Part shown: positions 38,621 through 50,595 of the stretch, piece by piece
Position numbering within the stretch: the stretch's first letter is position 1
Layout: every line of letters begins with the position of its first letter
Assembly: GCA_013265495.1 (NCBI GenBank)
Contig: MU057809.1
Coordinates: 1,913,062 to 1,977,061 of the forward strand
Direction: 5' to 3'
Source: Vicugna vicugna
Lineage: Eukaryota
DNA: 64,000 nucleotides
The notes under the pieces: generated by a model
What the model was told of the DNA's origin: nothing
Seen by the model: the letters and a program-made list of their open reading frames with translations, nothing else
The model's database searches: none
Program-made: the position numbers and the translations under genes

Positions 38621-38739
38621 TGTGCGGGCGCCTCCCTTCAGGCAGCAGGGCCACAGCAGCGGTGTGGGCTGGCCCTGCAAAGCAGTCTAATAGCCAATAG
38701 GAGAAATTCCAGTGGTTTCAGGACCTTTAAATGGTTTTG

Positions 38740-39603
38740 TTAAAAGCATTCAACCTCTCTTACCCTCTGTTGTAAATGTGTAGGGAAATGAACAAATAGA
38801 CTAGTGTTGACTTAGTTCACTGTCATGCAAAACACTGGAAACACTGAGAAATAAGACTTATCAGGAGCGGTGTGGATGGCTTCTCCCTTCTTCATCTTGC
38901 TGTGTGACACACAGAGGCACCTTTCTGTGCCTTGGTGAATTGTCATGCTCCTTTGCAAGTTTGGATCAGCTTCTAGTGTTTTATCCTTTGTGCTTTCATC
39001 CTTGTGAAATAATACCTCCCAGAGTTCCTTTCGTGTGAAGTTCTCCACTGAGGTCACTTCCTCTGGACGTCTTCACCTTCCTGCTTCTGTATGTTGCTAA
39101 GTCGTCGCCCTCACTCTCTGTCGCTGCGCATCCAGAGTCTTTCAAAGTCACGGTCAGTTGTTTCTCTGTAAACCCCATTTACGGTTGGTTTAAATTTCAC
39201 TTCCAGCTTTACCATTGTTTGTTTCTTTGCTGCACTTTCATCTTTATTTTGGCCAGTGTCCTCTTTGGATTACCAATTTTTGTAAGATGTCAAGTGAGTT
39301 TATCACTGGGAGACAAGGAGGCAAAACAGTTACACACTTTGCTGTCTGTGTAGGAACGAACAGATGTTCAGTGAACAGTCCCTGGCAAGCTTTGAAAGGA
39401 GTGACGGTTGGTCATGGGTCATGATGCACATCTGTTATTTACATAATGATTGGTGAACTGAAGAGCTAGTGTGGCGGTTTCTGCTTTCTGTAATTATTCA
39501 TGGTTAACATGCTGTGGTAACTGACATTTGAACCTTGTTATTTAACTAAAATTTGGTAAATGAAATATGTGCGTCTTAGAACCATGCAAAACAAGGGCTG
39601 CCT
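38740..39603 (-). mobile_element. Internally deleted Tigger DNA transposon (Tigger13-like)
   Basis: ORF 38812-39057(-) FTRKELWEV...ESTKDKTLEADPNLQRSMTIHQG resembles a pogo/Tigger transposase C-terminus. An N-terminal relic (KDESAAKKQ) lies near 39200-39250, and a Tigger-like terminus 'gcaaaacaagggctgcct' at the right end. Confidence 0.75.
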
Positions 39604-40399
39604 TCATGTTATAATTATTCTCCAAGCAAAGAAACCGACTCTTGGAAAGATGCGATACCTGCTTAGGTCACATAGCTAAGAAGTGTCAGGAACTCATTAA
39701 TGTAACTTTTTTAATGTCTCTGGACTTTAATGCTATAAGGACACACCACCTGTCTGTTGATGAGTCTGTCAAAGAAAATCCCAGTGGAGTTCAAATTACT
39801 AATGGATTGTCCCCACAAAGTCACCTGCATGTCCAATCAGGCCTGTAGCCCTCTGGGGACTCTGTCTCTGCTTAGCTGGACTGACCATGCAGTATTGCCA
39901 GGGCTTACCCGAAAACTGCACCATTGTACGATTATGGCACACGGCTTCTGGAAGCTAGTGACACACTCGACCGTGATCACATGAGAATTAAGAGAGCTTC
40001 ACCTTAAAGTGAAGGAGGGACCGACCTAGAACAAATGGACGATCCCTGAGAAGGACAGGAGCACCCGGGAGTCGAGTGGAGAAAAGTGGGCCAAGTGGTT
40101 AGCAGTGGAGATCCCTAGTCAGGTGGGGAGGGGTGTCAAGCGGCCTCACCTTCAGATTCTGGGGTTCAGGGACGGCTTCGGCGTAGTCTTGGCTCCATTC
40201 ATCAGCCAGCTGGTAGCAGTTAAATCTGAGTGATTTATCTGATTCTGGGATACAATTTCATTTCCCAGACTGAGGGGTCCCATTTGGAGCATCTAAACTT
40301 GTTCAGGGTAGAGGAGAGCTGTGATATGGAGACAGACTGAAAGGAGTAATACTGGCCTGGAACGATGCTGGCTGAGAGAGAACACGATCGGAGGGAAAA

Positions 40400-40600
40400 G
40401 TGACGTTATTAAGTGCCTCTAAAATGCCAGGGCTCGTGCGTGGCTCTTACTTGTTAATTATGTAATTCTCGTAGAAATCTTGTTAGCAGGCGTTACAGAG
40501 ATAAGGAAGCCGAGACTTAACAGAGTTAAGTAACTTTACTACTGGGGCTAGGAAGTGGTAAAGCTGAGATCTTCTTTTTAAGCCCAGATCCATTTTAATA
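40400..40600 (-). mobile_element. MIR SINE
   Basis: 'ttacagagataaggaagccgagacttaacagagttaagtaactt'. Confidence 0.7.
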
Positions 40601-41199
40601 TATCACATATCTCCTAAGTGAAAGACGCCAGACTAAAACGTTATTAAAGCTACATAAAACATTTAGGGAATGTATCTCTCATTTTGATCTTAAACTAAGC
40701 TTGTTTTAGGGACCCCAGAATGCATGTATCTATAGAAATGATGTTTGAAATTGTGATTTGTTACCTGGGCCATATTGGAAAGACCTATTTTATATCCATA
40801 TCTCTATGTCTCTGTGTCTTGATATCTATATTTCTTTATAGATCTGTCTCTCTCTCTATATCTTCCTATACTATTTAAGATGCATGTAATTATTATATAA
40901 AATAATACACTTCGAGTTACAACTTAGGAACCCTGGGAAGTCTCTCCGCACCCTGGGCAGCCCTTCCTGTCGGCTGCGCTGGCGATGACCAGAGCTCTGG
41001 GAGGCTGTCAGAGGTTTATGTCTGTGCAGGACTGGCAGCTGCCTTCTCTCCGTGTGTTCATAAGAGAAGCAGCATTTCCAGTGAATCACTCTCGGGTATT
41101 CTAAATGTAAGAATAAATGGGAGTTACCTGCTACATTCTACAGTCCATTTCTCTTATCATATGGGTGTTCTTTGTAAATTGCTTTTGTGTATTAGGACT

Positions 41200-41700
41200 G
41201 TGTCTTAATTAGTAATTAAAATCCTTTTGATAGCAAGTAAGAAAAGCAGACTCTGGCCTACTGAAAAAGACACTAATTCTGAGGCTGCAGTGGCATTTTC
41301 ACATTCAGAATTGCCAGGTCCCCAAGGGCCAGTTTTAGAGACTCAGGAGCTTCTCTCTTCTCTGCCTCATCTCTGCCTCTCTGGCTTTGAGGTCACTTGA
41401 AGCAGCCTTTTCTTTGCTTCTTGGCTTCCTTGTCTCTCTGTTGACTGGCCTGCTCTAGACCTCTAAGCACATGGTCCTACAGGACTGCCTCCCTGCTGTT
41501 TGTTTTATATCTCTCTCCTGCATTTTGGTGATGAGCAGATTCCACCCAGAGTCTCTGGGACCTGATTCCAGAATCCCAAAGACAGAATGACTTTGACTGG
41601 CCCACCCTGAGTTAGGTATCCATCACCAGTTAGATGCCCATCACTAGTGTGATGTCCGTGGCCTGGGGGCCCGAGTCCTGCCCTCCCCAAGTGCTGCTGG
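41200..41700 (-). mobile_element. Very old MaLR-type LTR relic
   Basis: 'ccttttgatagcaagtaagaaaa...actctggc' and 'tgactggcccaccctgagttagg' resemble old MLT1 LTRs; weak match. Confidence 0.4.
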
Positions 41701-42224
41701 GGCTCGGTCCTCTACTGGAACCAGAGCAGAGGGAGGTGGGGAGGTGCCTGATGTGGTATTTGGCCTTTTTGCTTCTGGCTTTCTGTCTTTGACTACTTTT
41801 AAACTAAGGGAAGAATTATCACCAGGCATTCTGTATTTTCAAATTAAAATGCATGTCCAGTGTATTTTCAGTAATAAGAGGCTCCCAGAGATCTGAGGTG
41901 CAAGGAGAACCAGGGGCAGACTTACTCTGAAAACTAGGAAAGATACCTTAAAGCAAACTTACCTATCTACTTAACCAGGACCCTAATAGCCTACTGATTC
42001 TTTAGATGAGTAATCTGAACACACCTACATTCGTTTGGTCTATGAGTAAGGCTATGTATGCGTTTTAGGCACATTCTGTGCTGCTTCGTTGCAATGAAAA
42101 ACAACAAAGGTGAATGCCAAATCAGCTTTTCAGTACTGTACCTGTAAAGGCAGTCCAAGGGGTGGTGAACGGAAGAGTCGGACTTTCATGGTAATCTTTT
42201 ATTGTAATCTGTGTTCAGTTCAGT

Positions 42225-42440
42225 CGGAGAAGCAGCGTGGCCCAGCGGACTAAGGGGGAGCACGAGGAATTGGAGCTCTGAGATATAATCTGTTTTGCAG
42301 CTGACTAGCTTTGTGACCTTGAAAAAGCGCATTAACCTCTGTCTGCTTCCTCATATGTAAAATGGGATCTATCTGATAGAAATATAGGTACTTCCTGATT
42401 TGAGCAAACTGAATAATAAGGAAGATTTTATACAAATCAG
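42225..42440 (+). mobile_element. MIR SINE
   Basis: 'actagctttgtgaccttg...ttaacctctgtctgcttcctcatatgtaaaatggga'. Confidence 0.8.
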
Positions 42441-42561
42441 GAGTAACATTTTTTTATATCAGAAGATACGTGGTTTAGAAGAAGTTTCTCCCTAGAATTC
42501 CTTTAAGATCCAGCCTTGTCTCAGACTTCTAAATTGTGATTAAATCTAAAAGTTAATCACA

Positions 42562-42601
42562 CGCAACATTGTGAAATGATTATAAATCAATAAAAAAGTT
42601 A
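42562..42601 (+). mobile_element. 40-bp extremely 5'-truncated young L1 with perfect 14-bp TSD
   Basis: Insert CGCAACATTGTGAAATGATTATAAATCAATAAAAAAGTTA matches the reverse complement of the L1 3' end at about 5283-5322. TSD AAAAGTTAATCACA at 42548-42561 and 42602-42615. Confidence 0.9.
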
Positions 42602-42615
42602 AAAAGTTAATCACA

Positions 42616-42790
42616 ATATTAATTTGATATATAATATATATCAGATATATATTTGACAAATGTATATTTATATTTGTCAATATAATATTTATATTATATA
42701 AATTTGACAAAATTTACTATATAAATTATAAAAATTTATATAAATATAATTATATTATATAAATTTGACTGAAGTTAAATTTATACATAC
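42616..42790. repeat. AT-rich low-complexity tract with internal inverted and direct repeats
   Basis: Almost entirely A/T; ATTTGAC recurs three times and TTGACAAAT / ATTTGTCAA form an inverted pair. Confidence 0.8.
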
Positions 42791-45334
42791 CGGTTTAAAA
42801 CTACATCCACTGGCTAGCATGAAAAAAAAATCTGCTATAATTATGACATGAACTCAGTAAATCCACTTGAAATACGTCAAAAACAGTGTTTTGCAGGCAG
42901 CAGTGAACAGAGAATATTCCCTCACCTTAGGTTCCAGGGAGAAGTTTTTCTTGTGTGAGAATGACATTGGTGTCAATTCTGCCATTGTTCTGCTAACTTT
43001 TTGACATGGGCGTTATCACGTTGACCTTGGCATTATGACACTGGTGCTGAGTCGGCATTCACGCTGGTACCACGTCGTCTTGCTCTGGTCAAGAATGACT
43101 GCAGGCAGTTTCAGTTTATCTGCTGCTACTAGAATTTTGATTCTAGCAGTGCTGGGGGTTTGATTGGTACTATTGCAGTCTTATGCCTGCTTGTGAATTA
43201 ATTCTCCAGAGGGCAAAATATCCTAAAAGCTAACATGTAACCAAGGTCAAAGGATTAAAGTAGTAGGAAGAAATAAATAAGTTTGTCATATATTTATATT
43301 GAATTTACATAACAGTCTTAGTTATTTACAGTGTATTACTTGTAGGAAAGAAATACATTTTCCAGGTTTTACATAGAGAAACTCTTGAAGTTCAGAGATT
43401 AAGTAGCTAGAGACACAGATGGTACCTGAATCTTAATAAGAACCCAGGTTTGTTGCCTTCCCAGGCCGACTATGCTTTGAACTGTCATAGAAGGGTGTTG
43501 GTTGATTGGGTGAAACAGACTGATATTTGCATTTGAGTTGCTTTTGAAGGAGTCAGTTTCCCCCGACGAATAGGGTAACAAAATTTGCTTATAACTCCCA
43601 AATAAAATTGTTTTTCACCATTTAACAGAGACTTCCCAAACCAGTCTGAAGACGAATACTCTATGTCACCTATTCCAGAAAGAATTTCATGGCTGAGCCT
43701 CATTGTTGTACAGATTCATAGCCTGTTAATGCTAACTTGTAAATGTTCATTTACAGAAAATCGTGACTGGAATCTTTAAGAGTTCTTTTATACTGTTGTT
43801 GAAATTTCTGAGTTAAGCAAGTTTCCCATTCATTTTAGAGGAGGGTTTTCCCGAAATTTCATCTTGGTTGCAAAACATGTCCCCAGAGATTCCGGTCAAC
43901 ATAACTCATGCTGACCAGTTGATTCCAAGTATGACGGCACAGTACTCAGCAAGTCCCAGTGAAACCAGCTGGAGGCCAGAGAAGATGCCTGCTTTTGACC
44001 AAATTATCTGGTTAACTGCTTCAGTCCTCAGTTTCAGCTGGCCCCAAGTGGATGTGAAGACAGGGATAATGATACTCCACTGTTCTGCTATTGCAGTGAT
44101 TGGTTTACAGTCACACTTCAAAAGGAGCCTGCAAGTTGATGTTGGTTTAGTTATTTCAGTGCTTGGGAGGAGGGGTCGGTTGGATTAGATTTCTGTTATT
44201 TCTTTTCTCTGAGAAAGACAGGTTGTCAGATTATTGTATTCAGTTAATAAACTTCCTCCTCCCTCTTTCTCTTCTCCATCCCATCACCATCTTCATCTTT
44301 ATTTTCAACTTTGTCTTCCTCTGTTCTTTTTCTCTCTTCTTCTCTTTTTCTCCCTCTCTTCTTTAGGTGTATATTAAACAGAAAAAAAAAATTCCAGCAC
44401 CATGACAGAGCGAATTGCAACATTAAAGATTGCTTGGCCAAGAAACTATTAATCTTTGTATGGAAGCCTTTAGGGACCGACATCAAATACAAACATGTTA
44501 GAAATCTTTTTGCTGTTCCAGCTCAACTGACCCAGAAAAATTTTAAGAGCAACAGTCAGTGCTTAGCAGGAAAAAAAGATACTATTGTAAATTTGAAAAA
44601 CTTTCATCTTTAACATGACTCATGTATCACAAGCCTGACAGCCTTACAGATTACATGCATGCTGCAGTTGACTTCAAAAATTTATGTTTTAAACACAGTT
44701 TTACATTAACATTTTCTGTGCACTTAGCGATTTATTAATAAGATTAATTTTTGTTAAATCGTCAGGTTACTTTGCATATAAATACGGCAGTACACTAAGG
44801 AAGAAATAAGAATCGTTGTCCCACGTATCTTACAATTTAAAGCGGTGTTCCTTGTAAGCAGCCAACTGAAGGAAGTTCAGTAAAGGAATACTAACAGAGA
44901 AGAGGCAAAAACCATGGATGTGGGCCCATCTTATTACCTGTTTTGCTGGTGATTTTGGCCTATTTTATGACGGACTGCTCTTCTTTCTCTTTGAAGACCT
45001 AGAGTTGGAAAGTCTGCGTGCTGTGCTCCTCCCCTCACCAGGTCAGAGAGCCAGCAGCACAACAGAGAGAAGATTAGGAAACCAAGTTTTCAGACTCATT
45101 TAATGCAGATGAATATGTTAACTTGGTTTTTCTCGCATCAGGGACCCGTAAGAGAATTTCCACTTTGTTCCCCCTGATTCTGGTGTATGAGGTGGATTTT
45201 TACTTAGGCCTTCTCTTTGTTAACTTCGTTGAGGATGAGTGTCCTGGCTGTGCCGCCTTGTGCTTACCCTGGGACGATGGCTTAGCCATGAGTGCCACCC
45301 ACTCCTCTTGGAGAGGGCAGGGTGCTGTAACTAG

Positions 45335-45500
45335 AACTGCCATTTATTGACGATCACCTGTGTTTCTCCATTTTAATCCTCACAACTCCGAAAGTAGCAT
45401 TCCTGTTTCACAGATGGAGGCAACTGGCTCAAAGATGTTGAGTAGCTCATCCAAGGGCGTTTTTCCAGTGTGTGACCAGGCTGGGATTCCCCCAAGTCGA
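45335..45500 (-). mobile_element. MIR SINE
   Basis: 'tttaatcctcacaactc...gtttcacagatggaggcaactggctcaaagatgttgagtagctcatccaagg'. Confidence 0.75.
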
Positions 45501-46499
45501 CTGACCCGACACAGATGGTCCCAAGTACTTCTCTAGATTGCTTCCCCCTGGTGCGTGACTTGCTGCCACCACCAACCTGGACTCTCTGCTTTTAGGGTTC
45601 CGAACTGCAAGCCCCACTGGGCCATATTGCTGGCAGCAGAGTGGACTGGAATCGAGCACATGCTGGGGGGCCTCCCATTGCTTCCATGTTGACCCCCAGC
45701 AAACTCAGACACAGATTAGAATTGACCCATTTCATAGCAATGTTCATTTTACGTTCTCCTGGTTCATAGGTGATTTTTCTGGAGGAAGATGATGGACTAA
45801 AATTCTAAATCAGTTTTTGAAGAATTTTCCTAAGTGTTAAATGTCCATCTGGATCCCAGTAATAAGATATGAATTTATACCCCAAAGAGTAAAGTATGAA
45901 ATTATAGAATTCTTACTCTGATCAGTTAACTTCACGTGAATTAAAGATTTCTAACTTAGAGTCAGTTTATTTTTGTGATTCGTAATATTTTTACAAAAGA
46001 CCTTTACAAAAGCCTCTTTGTATTATTATTGACATAAATATTTTCTTTTTCTCACTGTTTTATGGAAGACAATGACCGGGAGAAAAGTAAACTATTATTA
46101 AGCATAAAATCAGATGACATTAGAAATCTTTCCCTGTGTGATTTGCAAACCCACGTACTTTGGCACATGACTTATTAAGGGGGCTACTGTTCACAGAGGG
46201 GCCAGAGGGAAACTAATCTCTGTGCTGGGTTACGTGCCCCCCCTCCTGCCTGCCTTCTGCGGGTGTCTTCTGACTGGCTTTCTGTTTGTCCTCTCCCCTC
46301 CCCACTCTTCTCCTCCTCTCGCCCTCTGCACTCTCTGGGGCTTCGTGCTTCCTCGTGGATTTACAGTGGTTACCCCCAAACTTGTATTTCAGCTGAATCC
46401 TCTCCCCTGTATTCTCCTGTTAGCCCCAAGATCGTGTAGTGAAACCGACAGGAGTGTTTCCTCTCCACTAAAAAGGCAGGACTGTTGCTCTTGACTAAA

Positions 46500-47090
46500 T
46501 GTTAGCTTTGGAAATTAGGTCTAACTGTGTTTAGGGTTATAAATGAACTTAGCATCACGTGGTTTGCATGCTAAGTTATTTTAAAGAGTTGGTTCCATAA
46601 TGGTTCCAAGTAATTACATCATTTTATCTTCCATATGAAATGGATTTTAATTGTAACACTAATGAGCACTGAGGACACTTCACATTGACTCATGGAAAGT
46701 GATTTGATGAGTTGAAGGGAGGTGACATTTGATGGATTCAGTGGAAGTTTAGATCAATTTGCATTTCTGTGGTATTTTATGGCTGATCAGAAAACTTTTT
46801 AGATAGGATTTCTTGGTAAATTAAAGGATTTAGGGGGATGATTATGAAAAAATTGATTAAAAAGTATGCGATATTAGTTTTCATCGAACTTAAGCTTGTA
46901 TGGGTTCAATTTAAAACCTAATTCAATACGTTTTAGGTTTTATGTTTCCCTGAACCTCTTTTGAAGTATTAATTTTGTCATGCTTGTCATTCTAATCTAA
47001 TGATGATTTAATGTTTGCAAACCTGAATAAATTTGTATGCAAGGAGTTCTGCTGTGTTTTTTAATCAATGAAGATTGAAATTTGGCAACG
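46500..47090. promoter_or_regulatory. Candidate conserved developmental enhancer
   Basis: About 600 bp with no repeat signature: CACGTG 46556, TGACTCA 46686, TGACA 46723 next to TGATGGAT 46730, octamer ATTTGCAT 46757, TTTTATGGC 46775, and many TAAT cores. Conservation is inferred, not measured. Confidence 0.55.
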
Positions 47091-49079
47091 GAGATGATAA
47101 AAATGAAGAATTTTAAATAGAAAATGAAAATAATGTTTATACTTTAGAAAGTACTGTTATTAATGTTCTTGGCTATGAACCACGTAATATTTTTGTCTTC
47201 TTTTTATCGAGTAACGTTTAGAAGGTGATTGAACCTTAAAAGAAGTAATTACTACTAAATTGTGAAGAGTATTTGAATTAGAACAGAATCTTTATGCTCA
47301 CTTTCTTCCCTCTTTCCCTGAAACCTATTGTCTGGAGTTGCAAATAAAAACCAGAAAGATGCTAGACTACTTAAAAAAAAAAAAACCAAAAAACTCATCT
47401 ACCCTCCCCAAGACCTGCACAGACAGTGGAATGTTCTCTAATGAAAGTGTATCTTTATTTCATTATTATTTACTGATGAAAAACGTAGAGCTTAGAATGT
47501 CTAATAGTTCAGCCACATGAAAAAAAAATTCCTGGGTTAGCTATCCAAGGGGCAGCTGCCCCTCCTCCATCAGTCTAGGAGAGCCTGGTCTGGCTTAACA
47601 TTGCTTTCCTTTCCCAAAGATCTCATGACACTAAGAGACAATTAATACATGGATTTTCTTAAAAATCCATAAAGGACATTTTATTGTAGTCCTTCACCTT
47701 TATTGCTCAGTGCCCTTCAGGGGTGAAAGGAGATATTCCAATGCAAAAAAAAAAAGGTCTAAAAGCCTAACTTCTAATATTTTTATTTCCCTGAATTGAG
47801 AGATGAGTTTTGAGGTGGAAGAAAAAGATGAATGTGATTATTTTCAAGGCTGAAATTTGACTTTTTAAAAAGAATGATTTAGCATAATAATGGATGTTTC
47901 ATGGTATAAGAAAAGCAAAACTTTAAAAAATAATATGGAAATGTCTGAAACCTGTAGTCCCCTGTTAGATGCCAGCAGTCACAATTAGATACGATTAAGC
48001 AGAACCAAAAATTATCCAGGTGGCTTTGTAGGGTCTTTGGCTGAATAGAAGCGTCATCTTTTGCAGGACGAGAACTTACTGGTGTGGAAACCACACAGTT
48101 GACGTTCCTGAAGGAAATAACGTGATGACAGTGAGGGTGCCCCCTACACGGGCGTGAGAGGCTCGGTAGTCTCTTTCACACTGTCTCACCTGATCCCCAG
48201 TCCTGAGACGTCATTAGGGCAGGTGAAGGTATCCTGCACTTCGCAGCTGAAGGAAAAGACTTAGCATAACTCAGTTATCCAAGTCTCCATGGTTAATATT
48301 TGCAACTAACCTCCCCTCTAGGCATTTTGAGACCCTCCTTTTCCCCGCAGTGCTCTTAAGGTGCTGCATTGTAGAGTCTTTTGATTCTTTTGATGTTACG
48401 CGTTACGTTTAACACTAAGCCACAAAATTGCTACTAAGACCTGTATGGCATTATTATTTCATATTCTCAATGAATATGACTTCTGTATGAAAACACATAA
48501 TGAGGGTTATTTTATAGTTATGTCATCTGTCTTCCAGCTAATTTGACACCTTCATTTAAAGACAGAGAGAGAAGACAGAATGTGCCACATTTTCAAAGTA
48601 ATTTCTCTTTAGTCACAGTGTATTTTAGACCCTAGGGTTTCTATGTGGGAGAAGCCTCGTAGCAGTTCACGTTTCCTGCTGTTGCTGAGTGTGTCCGTGC
48701 TCTCTGTGCTGTCTGCACAACGTGGACAGCCACAGAAAACACCAGCCTCCCGAACTGTCTGTTGGGAAGGCCACTAACCCATGTGTTAGTGCCACTGATG
48801 CAGTGAAAGAGAGTTGGTTTAGGGTCGTGGTCAAGAGTCTGGGTTCCACTCCTGGCCTGTCGCTTGGTTGGTGTGGGACCGACCTCTCATCTTCACTGCC
48901 AACTCTCATCTTTGATCTTTACTCTTCCACTTAAATTCTTAATCTTTCTCTCTGTAGACTCTTATCCTTGCACTTCAAACAAGCCATGTATCCGCATTCT
49001 GAAAAGTTTATTTTTCACTGATTCCCTCATTGGCAGCAGTGATCCTGTTTCCCCTTTCCATTAGTTCTTGAGCCCTTTC

Positions 49080-49177
49080 GGGGGAGGGTGTAGCTCAGTG
49101 GCAGAGCATGTGTTTAGCATGCACGAGGTCCTGGGTGCAATCCCCAGTGCCTCCACTGAAATAAATAAATGAATAAA
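49080..49177 (+). mobile_element. Camelid tRNA-derived SINE (Vic-1-like)
   Basis: GGGGGAGGGTGTAGCTCAGTGGCAGAGCATGTGTTTAGCATGCACGAGGTCCTGGGTGCAATCCCCAGTGCCTCCA plus an (AAAT)n tail. Degenerate TSD agttcttgagccctt / aatgctcgacccctt (11 of 15 identical). Confidence 0.92.
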
Positions 49178-50419
49178 ATGCTCGACCCCTTAAATGTGTA
49201 GTTCATGGCAGTTTTCAGTTGAGCCTCAACTGGTGAGATATATAGTTAACCCATTTTTTGAAAAGATAAATAACCTGTTTCTCTTGAATGAACATTCCAT
49301 CCAAAATGTATGCCACTTTTCTGCATAAAAGCTAACAGAGCTAATGCTTCCCAAGCCATGGTTGCACACGTGGAGCATGGGCTCAGGGTCCTGCTGCTCC
49401 ACTGGAAGCCGTGTTGCACTCCGGACAAACCCAGGGAGAAGCAGGAGTAATACCAGGTTGTTTGGGAGGTGGTCAGCCCTTCCCAGGACGGACTCAGTGG
49501 ACAGCAGTCAGTCATGTGCTGAGAGACGTAAATGAAACCCTAAGTTCCACACATCAGCGCTCGCACTGAATCTGTACAGGAACGCTACTGGGAGTCACGG
49601 CTGCCAGGGATGTCCTGTATTGGCTTAGTTAATGCTTTCCAGTGGGATTAAGAAAATGTGTCTTCTATTAAATTTGTTTCTTAATGACCTGATACACTTT
49701 TGGATATGTTATCATAGTTTGCTTTATAGAACAGAAAAAAAGTTCTCATTCGTGCATTGTTTGGTTTTATTAATCATGACTTAAAGCCATCAGCTCTGTG
49801 AGGGGAAGGCAGTCACAGCTCTAATGACACACTTGAAGACCTCCTTCCTTACCAGAGGACCCTCAAGCCCTCCACAAGCATCCTCGTCCCGCAGAGGCCA
49901 GTCAGCCATAAACATGTGTGCTCACCTTGTCTGCTGATGCCATGCCAGATGGTGGGCATTTGGGGTGAGATCAGGATGGACTTAAGCCAGAGATCCAAGA
50001 ATGTCCAGATCCCTCCTTGATCAGTTACCCCTTCTTGGGAGTTTCCTGCAGGAAAGGCAAAGGAAAACATGCAGCAAAAATTAACCATTATGAATAGGAG
50101 CAACATAATTCTGATTATGAAAGAAAGAGCTCAGGGTACCGCAGGTGTTTAGACAGTCATGCGTTTAATAGAATAGAGCCTTTCGTGTTGGGGCTTCACG
50201 TTTTTCTGAAGAAGGGTTGATGGCAGTAATGAGGCTGTGCTTTGACTCAGGTAGCAGGGTTGTTTACCACTACCGGAGCTGGTACCCATAGTCCTGCTTA
50301 GTCACTTATATAAAGGTGACAAGTGCAGTGGTGGCTGCCATTGCAAATCAACCACCAGTTCTTCAAGGGCAAGTCAGAACTTACCCGTATGTGGAGAACA
50401 CACCTTTTCCAACCGGGGT

Positions 50420-50595
50420 AGGGTTGTGGTTGATGGCACGGAGTTGGCCTGCCTGGGTTCAAATGACCATTCTGCCTTTGCAGATCTGAGGAGCCAGTCT
50501 CTCTGTGCCCGTTTTCTCTGAAGGATACAGGAAATTGCAGTCATAGCATGGAGAGACTCAAAGTGGGTCCTTGGGTCTGGTGTGCCTTGGTGCAT
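50420..50595 (+). mobile_element. MIR fragment
   Basis: 'ctgcctgggttcaaat...tctctgtgcccgttttctctg'. Confidence 0.65.

Noticed and set aside
48122..48193. Box C (GTGATGA) to box D (CTGA) spacing resembling a C/D snoRNA
   Set aside because: No terminal stem, no recognisable rRNA guide, and the region looks like a decayed MIR.
49080..49155. tRNA-Ala(AGC)-like gene (also 4365-4438, minus strand)
   Set aside because: Followed by an (AAAT)n tail, flanked by decayed TSDs and with imperfect stems: a tRNA-derived SINE, not a tRNA gene.
49216..49232. Palindrome CAGTTGAG-C-CTCAACTG
   Set aside because: About one 8-bp stem at a given spacing is expected by chance in 64 kb.
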